Source of the DNA: Chthonomonas calidirosea
Lineage (GTDB): Bacteria > Armatimonadota > Fimbriimonadia > Fimbriimonadales > Fimbriimonadaceae
Assembly: GCA_945859975.1 (NCBI GenBank)
Contig: CAMAPH010000057.1
Coordinates: forward strand, 1-13,840
Direction of reading: 5' to 3'
DNA: 13,840 nucleotides
This document shows positions 1-6,524 of the stretch, piece by piece (the first letter of the stretch is position 1; every line of letters starts with the position of its first letter). The notes beneath the pieces are model-generated. The model ran no database searches. It had not been told where the DNA came from and worked only from the letters and a program-made list of their open reading frames with translations. The position numbers were made by a program, and so were the translations under genes.

Positions 1-28
1 CGCATAGAACGGCTGACCGTTCCTAAAG

Positions 29-36
29 GGTACCGT
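29..36 (+). promoter_or_regulatory. GGTACCGT -10-like motif 9 nt before ATG 46
   Basis: Matches the GGTAnnnT motif that recurs upstream of several genes in this window. No Shine-Dalgarno visible. Confidence 0.5.
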
Positions 37-45
37 CAACCTAGC

Positions 46-486
46 ATGCCGATCGTTGAAACCACCGTTTGGATCAACGCCCCGCTCGACCGCGTCTATG
101 CCATTGCGAAGGACACCGAGCGATATCCCGAGTACATGAAGGAGGTCCAAAGCATCACCCCCGTCGAGCGCGACGGCGAGCGATTCATCGCCGATTGGAT
201 CGGCCTCGTCCCCACCTTTGGCCTCAAGGTCCGTTGGCGACAAGAAGAACTCTGGAACGACGCTGAGACCTCCTCCCAGTTCCGCCAAGTCTCTGGCGAC
301 TACGACCGGTTCGAAGGCACCTGGAAGTTCACCGCCGAAAACGGCGGCACCCGGTTTGACCAATATCTCGACTACGAATACAACGTCCCGACCCTCGCCG
401 CGCTAGTGAAGCGGGTCATCCACACCATCGTCGTCAAGAACCTAGAATCCATCAACGCTGCCTTTAAGTCGCAAGCCGAAAACTGA
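46..486 (+). CDS. SRPBCC (START-like) family protein, polyketide cyclase/dehydrase / Coq10-RatA-like
   Basis: 146 aa. N-terminal 'VETTVWINAPLDRVYAIAKDTERYPEYM' (I.AP...V.....D...YP.. motif), 'FRQVSGDYDRFEGTWKF' and C-terminal helix 'FKSQAE' are typical of Polyketide_cyc/SRPBCC proteins. High GC3 codon usage. Confidence 0.88.
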   Translation: MPIVETTVWINAPLDRVYAIAKDTERYPEYMKEVQSITPVERDGERFIADWIGLVPTFGLKVRWRQEELWNDAETSSQFRQVSGDYDRFEGTWKFTAENGGTRFDQYLDYEYNVPTLAALVKRVIHTIVVKNLESINAAFKSQAEN

Positions 487-491
487 CAATC

Positions 492-1253
492 ATGGCCATG
501 ACCATCGCCCAACGCGTGAGTTACGAAACCAACGGTTTCCTCGTGATTCCAAACGCCCTCACCCCCGAGGAACTCGCCGCGACGCGAGAAGCCGCCGACC
601 GCACCGAAGCCCTTTGGCGCGCCGAACCGCACCGCCTCGGAATCCGCAGCGAAGTCCTCGACCAAGTTCAGGCCCCCATCGAATACGACCCGCAGCTTCT
701 CTCCCTGCTCTGGCACCCGACGGTGTTCCCCTTGGTGAGAGACGCGGTGGGCGAAGACGTGATGATGATCGACAACGACTACTTCATCACCCCGCCCAAC
801 ACCCCCCGCACCCACGCCGGCTGGCACCACGACGTCGGCATGCGCGGCGTCTACCATCCGAAATCCACGATGATGGTGAAGGTGTTCTATCTGCTGTCGG
901 ATGTCGATGCCTCCAGCGGCGGCACCGCCATGATCCCCGGCTCGCACAAGTTCCCGATGAAGTGGCAGTTCCCCGAAGTCGAAGAACCGAAAGACATGCC
1001 CGGCGCCATCCAAATGACCGGCCTAGCCGGCACCGCCTACCTCTTCAACGGCCGCACCTACCACTGCGCCGTAAACAACGAAAGCCCCACCCCCCGCCGC
1101 GTCCTCATCTACAACTACGGCCACTTCTGGATGAAAATGTGGTCCGGCTACGCTCCCTCGGAGCGCCTCCTAGCCGAAGCCCACGCCAGCAACGACCCCA
1201 TCCAAAAACAACTCCTAGGCATCGGCGAAGCCTACGGCACCGCCCTGTCGTAG
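492..1253 (+). CDS. Phytanoyl-CoA dioxygenase (PhyH) family Fe(II)/2-oxoglutarate-dependent dioxygenase
   Basis: 253 aa. Contains 'YETNGFLVIPNAL', the HxD motif in 'GWHHD', 'GGTAMIPGSHK', 'AGTAYLFNGRTYHCAVNN' (distal His) and 'RR' (2OG-binding Arg). Starts 5 nt after the SRPBCC stop, so probably the same operon. Confidence 0.92.
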   Translation: MAMTIAQRVSYETNGFLVIPNALTPEELAATREAADRTEALWRAEPHRLGIRSEVLDQVQAPIEYDPQLLSLLWHPTVFPLVRDAVGEDVMMIDNDYFITPPNTPRTHAGWHHDVGMRGVYHPKSTMMVKVFYLLSDVDASSGGTAMIPGSHKFPMKWQFPEVEEPKDMPGAIQMTGLAGTAYLFNGRTYHCAVNNESPTPRRVLIYNYGHFWMKMWSGYAPSERLLAEAHASNDPIQKQLLGIGEAYGTALS

Positions 1254-1263
1254 CCCGCGTGAG

Positions 1264-1303
1264 CCCCTTCTCCGTTCCGACGGAGAAGGGGTTGGGGATG
1301 AGG
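1264..1303. repeat. REP-like palindrome / probable terminator: CCCCTTCTCCGT-tccg-ACGGAGAAGGGG followed by TTGGGGATGAGG
   Basis: Perfect 12-bp stem (1264-1275 / 1280-1291) with a 4-nt loop, 10 nt after the PhyH stop. It resembles the widespread 'CCCTCTCC...GGAGAGGG..GGGG.TGAGG' intergenic repeat type. Confidence 0.65.
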
Positions 1304-1408
1304 AAACGGTGAGCCAAATTGGGGATCGAACTGATCGGATCTTTACCAAAGTACAGATTCAAAATCACCTGCGGCGACGGCCCCACCGCTCACGTCGGAG
1401 TTCGCATC

Positions 1409-1428
1409 CCATCCGCCCGGATGGCAAC
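1409..1428 (-). repeat. Short REP-like hairpin GTTG-CCATCCG-gg-CGGATGG
   Basis: 7-bp inverted repeat (1409-1415 / 1418-1424) preceded on the - strand by GTTG. Lies just downstream of the stop of ORF 1440-1937. Confidence 0.35.
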
Positions 1429-1439
1429 AAGCGAGCAAA

Positions 1440-1937
1440 TCACTTGGCCGACACGCTTCGCTTCGAGCGGCCACAAGCGAGGGCGACGCATGCCGTCGCC
1501 AGCCCGAGCGTCACGTTTCTACTTATTGTGTCGACCCACTGGTACTGCACCCAAATTCTGCCGCCGACAAATATCAGACATGCGGCCACTATGCAAACGG
1601 TTTGACCCCTTGTCAAAGCGTCGTCGGAACGGCTGGAAAACCTTGTAATCAAGTGCACAAAAAGCAGCGTTACCAAGAGCGAGAAAGCTAGCCCCTTATC
1701 TGCCGCCAGTCGATCCATGCTCAACACCACGTTTGGCGTATCCCCCCAAACGACCCGATCGCCGTCCACAAAAGTTGGGCCGGACTCGAAAAACTGCCCG
1801 CTCTCCAGAAGGGCCTGCGCAATAAGCATGTCCCCGGTTGGAGAGATAAGGAACGAAGCAACGAGCACACCGGAGTAAATCTGGCGTGGGCTAATGCGTC
1901 TGCTCAACTCTTTGAAGTAACTCAAATCAGTCACCAT
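1440..1937 (-). CDS. Hypothetical membrane protein
   Basis: 165-aa ORF with about 4 hydrophobic segments (e.g. GLAFSLLVTLLFVHLI, TVCIVAACLIFVGG, VTLGLATACVALAC). Co-oriented with neighbouring accessory ORFs. Start uncertain because GAGGA abuts the ATG. Confidence 0.5.
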   Translation of the reverse strand: MVTDLSYFKELSRRISPRQIYSGVLVASFLISPTGDMLIAQALLESGQFFESGPTFVDGDRVVWGDTPNVVLSMDRLAADKGLAFSLLVTLLFVHLITRFSSRSDDALTRGQTVCIVAACLIFVGGRIWVQYQWVDTISRNVTLGLATACVALACGRSKRSVSAK

Positions 1938-2069
1938 TCCTCAAAGCGCTTTGATGTTCTGCGAGCGGGGATATGGATCACTAAAGTCTTAGCCACCATA
2001 TTCTCCCAATGTTCAAATTGTTTTGGGATCAGGCGGAACAGGGACGGCGAAATCAATGTGACGACCATA

Positions 2070-2597
2070 CTATTTTCCTGAGTCATAAGGAGGGAGGCTA
2101 GTCCGCGCCGATAGCATTGGCCCCTCTTTACCAAGTTGCGTCTCCAGAAGTTCTACGGAGACAAACTTAAACATGCGAGGTCTCCTGTAATAATCCTGAA
2201 CTTTGAACTCTCGACGTACCGAGTGGCCCGATGGAATAACGATTCTATCCTCCTTTCGCAAACTCTTTTTCACAGGATAGGAGTTGAATGGAATCGGAAT
2301 ATCATACTTCTCGTCGGACAGCGTAATGCGTACTCGACCGAGTGTAAGCTCTGATATCCAAAATGACTTTGACGTAAAGTTTTGGACTATCACATCAAGA
2401 ACTAGATCTCGCGCATCACGCCTAGGCACAACACTTACCTGGACCTTTTGGCGATCTAGCCCAGGATCAACCACTTTCAGACCCCAAACACTCATGTAAA
2501 TGGCATATCCATCCTCCGTCAAGTGCGAGGATACAAACCCTTTCCAAACGATTCCAACAACAATCGCTAACGAAACGCTCATTTTAAACCCATTCAC
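2070..2597 (-). CDS. Hypothetical exported/membrane-anchored protein (possible beta-sandwich domain)
   Basis: 175 aa. N-terminal hydrophobic stretch (MSVSLAIVVGIVW) and beta-rich pattern 'LDVIVQNFTSKSFWI...IVIPSGHSVRREFKV'. Lower GC than core genes (25/60 G+C in 2161-2220). Confidence 0.6.
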   Translation of the reverse strand: MNGFKMSVSLAIVVGIVWKGFVSSHLTEDGYAIYMSVWGLKVVDPGLDRQKVQVSVVPRRDARDLVLDVIVQNFTSKSFWISELTLGRVRITLSDEKYDIPIPFNSYPVKKSLRKEDRIVIPSGHSVRREFKVQDYYRRPRMFKFVSVELLETQLGKEGPMLSARTSLPPYDSGK

Positions 2598-2626
2598 TCA
2601 AGAAATCCGCCGAGCCCAGACCGTTG

Positions 2627-2680
2627 CTCCTGCACCCCGGACGGGGTGCAAGAAGGTAGCCAGGCATTGAAAATGCCTGG
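2627..2680. repeat. Composite REP-like element: TGCACCCC-ggac-GGGGTGCA hairpin plus GTAG-CCAGGCATT-gaa-AATGCCTGG hairpin
   Basis: Perfect inverted repeats at 2631-2650 and at 2660-2668 / 2672-2680. The second is immediately preceded by GTAG (2656-2659), the tetranucleotide characteristic of REPs recognised by REP-associated tyrosine transposases (RAYT/TnpA-REP). Confidence 0.7.
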
Positions 2681-2714
2681 ACAACGAACCGAAACCGCAA
2701 AAGTCCAAGGAGCC

Positions 2715-2749
2715 CCGCGACCCCCTCGCGGACTGAAACCTCCGCCCAC
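2715..2749 (-). repeat. REP-like element GTGG-GCGGA-ggtttcag-TCCGC overlapping CCGCGA-N5-TCGCGG hairpin
   Basis: Inverted repeats at 2728-2732 / 2741-2745 (preceded by GTGG on the - strand) and at 2715-2720 / 2726-2731. Oriented opposite to the GTAG hairpin at 2656. Confidence 0.45.
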
Positions 2750-2802
2750 GCGAACATTGTAAGTCAAATCCGATGACCCGAACGAGGTCAAGGACGGCGT
2801 AG

Positions 2803-3207
2803 CTACTGATTCTTGGTCCCTTTCCCAGCCACTCCGGGATCCATGACTCTGAGTTCGAAGGTACGGCCAGATCGCATTTTTATCAAGTACACGATCGATT
2901 CGGTACCCAAAACTAGGTTCTTGGATTTGCGGCCCATGCGCAGGCTCCATTCCTTTTTCCGGACACCGGGAGCGAGCGCATCCTCGATATCTGATCTCGC
3001 CTTGGGCCAACTTCTGTGGCGGATCTTGTACTCACGAATCGCTTTTCCAAGTGAGTCCTTTTGCAGAATCGTTATTCCGTTAGGAGAGCCATCGCCTCGT
3101 TCTAAGCCTAAGGGCTGGAAAAATATCCAGCCGAAGTAGCCGATGATCGCGAACAAAAGTAGACCTACAATCCGATGAACTGACTTAGGGACTACTCTCA
3201 GCTTCAT
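2803..3207 (-). CDS. Hypothetical protein with a single N-terminal transmembrane anchor
   Basis: 134 aa. GGAG just upstream of the ATG. TM helix IVGLLLFAIIGYFGWIFF. 'LGKAIREYKIRHRSWPK..SDI' loosely resembles the helical segment of pseudopilin-like proteins (weak). Confidence 0.65.
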   Translation of the reverse strand: MKLRVVPKSVHRIVGLLLFAIIGYFGWIFFQPLGLERGDGSPNGITILQKDSLGKAIREYKIRHRSWPKARSDIEDALAPGVRKKEWSLRMGRKSKNLVLGTESIVYLIKMRSGRTFELRVMDPGVAGKGTKNQ

Positions 3208-3311
3208 GTCTCCAACCGTTTCTTGAACTCTAAACGTACCGATGCACTCAACAACTTTGATTACTATCGTCCCAGTCCCAGGACCTCTTCATTCCACATG
3301 AAGTGGGCAGC

Positions 3312-3689
3312 CTAAGGACATTTCACGGTAACGACAACCTTGTTCCCGTCCATCGTGAACGACCTGTCGCCACAAAGTTCATCGAACTCAATTCCGTCGC
3401 AAGTGATTTCGAGTCGATCCTTTGTTTTCCACTGGACTCCAATCGGATCGCTTCCGTTGCATTCCGACCTAAAGACACCCACTTTTTGTCCTGTACGGGG
3501 ACTAACCAGCGTAACAACTTCACTGTCACTTCCAAACGCGTAAGTTGAGACGCTGCCAACTTCAGCTGTAACGCCGCTAGGACTAGTCATTCGCGAAGAT
3601 TCACTGTATTTCGCGCAGCCGCTTTGCGTGACGAAGCCAATGACGGTCACCATAAGGATCGAAACCTCGGCTTTCACGACTTTTCGCAT
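3312..3689 (-). CDS. Hypothetical secreted protein / putative lipoprotein
   Basis: Start reassigned to ATG 3689 (GGTGAG upstream), giving 125 aa. Basic N-terminus MRKVVK, hydrophobic stretch, then 'QSGC' (lipobox-like). Beta-rich body 'SPSG..AEV', 'GVQWKTKDRLEITC' with several Cys. Confidence 0.65.
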   Translation of the reverse strand: MRKVVKAEVSILMVTVIGFVTQSGCAKYSESSRMTSPSGVTAEVGSVSTYAFGSDSEVVTLVSPRTGQKVGVFRSECNGSDPIGVQWKTKDRLEITCDGIEFDELCGDRSFTMDGNKVVVTVKCP

Positions 3690-3811
3690 CGACCACTCAC
3701 CAACACGTACACTTTGCAACACGTACAAAGAAACGCTCTTGTCGGCAAATTGGTTCGGACTCACGAATCAAGTTCCAAAACCTAACGCCGTGTCAGATCC
3801 GTCCCCGTTCC

Positions 3812-3834
3812 GTAGCTCACCCGTCTCGGGTGAG
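3812..3834 (+). repeat. REP-like element GTAG-CTCACCCG-tct-CGGGTGAG
   Basis: Perfect 8-bp stem (3816-3823 / 3827-3834) immediately preceded by GTAG, located in the spacer between two accessory ORFs. Confidence 0.7.
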
Positions 3835-3893
3835 ATCGAATAGCCACTGTTCGGCTCGAACACCCAGCCTCGAGCCATTGTAAGGCATCTTCT

Positions 3894-4460
3894 TCAGGAC
3901 GCCAAAACGGCGACCTGAAACACCACAAACGGCGCGTGTTCTGTCGCCTGATCGTCCAGAACTTCCGCGAACTCGATCGCGATCCTTGGATCGTCGAAAA
4001 GGTGATTCTCGTTCAGTGCAGAAACAAATTGCGGCCACGCAACACGATCTTCCTCCGTGTACCAAATATTCATCACCCCGCTCAAAAGCCAGATATCCGC
4101 CACGTCATAACCAAGAACGGTCACCTCTTCCTCGACACCTGCAGTGGGATAAAACCGCTCCGGATCGATCTCCGTCTGACTCGCGAGGCATCTGATTCGA
4201 ACCGCCGTGGTCGAGGGCAGTTCAGAAACGACTGAGGAGTGAGGATAAAGATTGAGCGTCCAGTTCCGGCCGGGGTCCTCATTGGTCTTCAACAACTTGA
4301 GAAACGCCGCGGATCTCGGCCAGATCATCTGGTCGACGGAAAGCATCCGCTTCGCCGCCATCGACAGCCGAATGTCGACGGGATAGTCGCTCACATAATC
4401 CGCAACCCGACCATCCCAGCCAAGGTGAATCCAGCTTAAATCCGAGCGCTCAACTCTCAT
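3894..4460 (-). CDS. Hypothetical cytoplasmic protein
   Basis: Start most plausibly ATG 4460 (188 aa), since the longer called N-terminus runs through the 10-bp repeat array. Protein-like C-terminal region 'LGYDVAD..LSG..N......LNENHLFD....A..F....D....EHAPF.V'. Confidence 0.65.
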   Translation of the reverse strand: MRVERSDLSWIHLGWDGRVADYVSDYPVDIRLSMAAKRMLSVDQMIWPRSAAFLKLLKTNEDPGRNWTLNLYPHSSVVSELPSTTAVRIRCLASQTEIDPERFYPTAGVEEEVTVLGYDVADIWLLSGVMNIWYTEEDRVAWPQFVSALNENHLFDDPRIAIEFAEVLDDQATEHAPFVVFQVAVLAS

Positions 4461-4550
4461 TTCGTGTCGGCACCATTCGGTTGATATCATAAAATCAATG
4501 AGGTTTACAATTCCGCCGTTCGTTGCCGAATGTATATGCCGCATCGATTT

Positions 4551-4600
4551 CGAAGCCATCCAAAGCCACGCAAGGCCACACAAAGCAACGCAAAGCGCCC
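4551..4600 (+). repeat. Tandem array 1: five 10-bp units (CGAAGCCATC CAAAGCCACG CAAGGCCACA CAAAGCAACG CAAAGCGCCC)
   Basis: Exact 10-bp periodicity read directly from the sequence. Confidence 0.85.
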
Positions 4601-4612
4601 CCAATTTGCCCT

Positions 4613-4654
4613 GTAATTAATTAAAAAGCCTGGGGGGGAACGTTAATTAATTAC
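4613..4654. repeat. Perfect 12-bp inverted repeat GTAATTAATTAA-N18-TTAATTAATTAC
   Basis: Arms at 4613-4624 and 4643-4654, each containing TTAATTAA. The spacer contains AAAGCC and a G7 run. Very AT-rich for this genome. Confidence 0.9.
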
Positions 4655-4662
4655 GCTCCCAC

Positions 4663-4712
4663 CCAAGCCATTCAAAGCCACTCAAGGCAATACAGGGCCA
4701 CCCAAAGCGCCA
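4663..4712 (+). repeat. Tandem array 2: five 10-bp units (CCAAGCCATT CAAAGCCACT CAAGGCAATA CAGGGCCACC CAAAGCGCCA)
   Basis: Exact 10-bp periodicity. 40/50 nt identical to array 1, in the same orientation and with the same unit order. Confidence 0.85.
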
Positions 4713-4722
4713 TCTACGGACC

Positions 4723-6435
4723 TTACTGCTGTTCCAGCTTCATCTTCTCGATATCGAGCTTCGCCGGAATACGGAACAGGAACGTCGAGCCCTTGCCGAC
4801 TTCCGAGTCCGCCCAGATTTTGCCGCCGTGCACTTCTTCGACCAAGTGGCGGACCAAGAACAGGCCAAGGCCCGTTCCGTAGATCTTTCGGTTGTCGTCG
4901 TTGTTCACGCGGTGGAACTTTTCGAAGACCTTGCCCAGGTGCTCCTTCGGAATTCCAAGGCCCTGGTCCTGAACGCCGAAGAGCAGCGTGTCGCCCTCGC
5001 TGGTCGCGTGGACAATCACGTCGCCGCCGTTTGGCGAGTACTTGATCGCGTTGTTCAACAGGTTCGTGAGAATCTGGTCGAACTTGTCCTCGTCGCCAAC
5101 GATGATCTTCGGAAGTTCGTTGTGAACCTTGAGCGAGACCACGTGCTTCGTGGTCGACTGCTGCTGCACGCGAACAACTTTGTCCAGAAGGACCGGAAGG
5201 TCGAATTCGGCATAGTTCGGGCTCAGCGATTCTCCGGCTTCGATTCGCGACGTGTTGAGCAAGTCGTCGATCAGGCGGCGAAGTCGGTCGCACTCCGAAA
5301 CCACGATGCCGAGGAACTCGCGCTGGTCTTCCTTGGAGTACATGTCCTCGTCCAGACCTTCCAGCAACGTGCTGCTAAAGCCCTTAATCGCGGTAAGCGG
5401 CGTTCGAAGTTCGTGAGAGGCCATCGCGACGAAGCTCGACTTCATGCGGTCGATGTTCTTCATGTCGGTGATGTCGTTGAGAATGGCGACGACGCCAAGG
5501 TCCTTGCCCTCCTCTCCCCGCACCGGCGCGGCCTGCACTTCGTAAATGCGGTCCGAGCCGCCGATGATAACGTTGATCTCGCGCTTCGAGTTCTCGATGC
5601 CCTTGCTGGCGTCGGAAATAACCGCCCAAAGGTCCTCGTTCTTGAGCTGGTCCTTCGCGCTCTTGCCGATCACGTCGGCCGAAAGCTGGAACACCGCTCG
5701 GGCCGAGGAGTTGACCTGGCTGAGGCGACCTTCCGCCGAGACCAAGATGAGTCCCGCGCTGAGCGATTCGAACGTCTGCGCAAGCTCTTCTTTCTTCTCG
5801 ACGACTTCGCGGTAAAGCTGAATGTTGGCGATGATGGAGCCAACGTTCTTGGCCATTCGCTCGAGCAACCGAACGTCTTCGTCGTTAAAGTCGCTGCCGT
5901 CTCGCTTGTTAAAGGCGTGCAGAACGCCGATCGTGTTTCGCTCGACCACGCGGTTCTGCTCGTCTCGCTTTTCGATTACCAGCGGAACCGTAACGCCGTT
6001 GGTCACGTGCAGAAGACCAAACGGGTCCTTCTGCGCTCGCGGATCATTGATCGCGTCGTGAATGATCACCGATTCGCTTTCGCGGAAAACCTGACCGGAA
6101 ATGCCCTGCGAAGCGCGCACGCGGAGGATTCGGAGTTGGTCGTCATCCACGCCTAGCGCCGGCGGAATGCCGTGCAGCTCGCCCGATTCCCGATCGTAAA
6201 ACATGATGACGATCTTCTCGGCCTGCAGAATCATCGCGATTCGCTGAACCAAGCGGCGCAGCGCCATATCGGCTTCGCTAATCGGGGCCATTTCGGACTC
6301 TTCCGTCCGCGCCGATGCCGAATTGTCATCGGTCTCTTGCCGTGACACGCGCCGTTGAAGCTCGTCGATTCGCTTCTGAAGCTCCTCGATCTGCCGTTGC
6401 TGTTGCTCCTTCTCTTGTTCTGGATTAAATTCCAT
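4723..6435 (-). CDS. Sensor histidine kinase (coiled coil-GAF-PAS-HisKA-HATPase_c), cytoplasmic
   Basis: H-box 'FVAMASHELRTPLTAIKGF', N-box 'QILTNLLNNAIKYS', G1 'VQDQGLGIP', F 'VFEKFHRV', G2 'GTGLGLFLV'. GAF 'QGISGQVF...VPL...IGVLHAFNK..SDFNDEDVRLL'. PAS 'GLILVSAEGRLSQVNSSA'. Start reassigned to ATG 6435 (570 aa) because the longer call overlaps the divergent Lon-N gene. Confidence 0.95.
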   Translation of the reverse strand: MEFNPEQEKEQQQRQIEELQKRIDELQRRVSRQETDDNSASARTEESEMAPISEADMALRRLVQRIAMILQAEKIVIMFYDRESGELHGIPPALGVDDDQLRILRVRASQGISGQVFRESESVIIHDAINDPRAQKDPFGLLHVTNGVTVPLVIEKRDEQNRVVERNTIGVLHAFNKRDGSDFNDEDVRLLERMAKNVGSIIANIQLYREVVEKKEELAQTFESLSAGLILVSAEGRLSQVNSSARAVFQLSADVIGKSAKDQLKNEDLWAVISDASKGIENSKREINVIIGGSDRIYEVQAAPVRGEEGKDLGVVAILNDITDMKNIDRMKSSFVAMASHELRTPLTAIKGFSSTLLEGLDEDMYSKEDQREFLGIVVSECDRLRRLIDDLLNTSRIEAGESLSPNYAEFDLPVLLDKVVRVQQQSTTKHVVSLKVHNELPKIIVGDEDKFDQILTNLLNNAIKYSPNGGDVIVHATSEGDTLLFGVQDQGLGIPKEHLGKVFEKFHRVNNDDNRKIYGTGLGLFLVRHLVEEVHGGKIWADSEVGKGSTFLFRIPAKLDIEKMKLEQQ

Positions 6436-6524
6436 ACTTACGTACCTGCGGTGCTGGGGGAACTTTACCCCTCTCTGGCTTCCCTGATGCCATATTTGTC
6501 GTGGAGCGTTATACTCATTTGACG

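Noticed and set aside
1309..1648. + strand ORFs 1309-1605 and 1319-1648
   Set aside because: They overlap the more protein-like - strand membrane ORF, have Arg/Pro/Ser-rich composition and lack an RBS.
1931..2134. 67-aa - strand ORF
   Set aside because: Overlaps ORF 2070-2597 and has no supporting features. A short 45-aa peptide from ATG 2068 cannot be excluded.
2594..3010. 138-aa - strand ORF
   Set aside because: Out-of-frame overlap with ORF 2803-3207, and it runs through REP-like palindromes.
3287..3303. CTTCAT-tccac-ATGAAG hairpin after ORF 3312-3689
   Set aside because: Weak 6-bp stem with no U tract or GTAG. Not enough to call a terminator or REP.
3780..3860. Integron attC site (ACCTAAC matches RYYYAAC)
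   Set aside because: No complementary GTTRRRY at a suitable distance, no equivalent pair found in the other spacers, and no intI in the window.
4481..4545. dif-like site (TTATGATATCA arm on the - strand; AATGTATA core at about 4529-4536)
   Set aside because: Only partial matches to the XerC/XerD arms. The two resemblances do not belong to a single 28-bp site.
4461..4604. N-terminal 'signal peptide' of the 236-aa ORF (MGALCVALCGLAWLW)
   Set aside because: It is the translation of the 10-bp repeat array, whose period is not a codon multiple, so it is probably non-coding.
4551..4712. CRISPR array interpretation
   Set aside because: Units are contiguous 10-mers without unique spacers, and there are no cas genes in the window.
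4828..6156. 442-aa + strand ORF
   Set aside because: Antisense shadow of the histidine kinase, a typical artefact of high-GC3 codon bias. No recognisable motifs.
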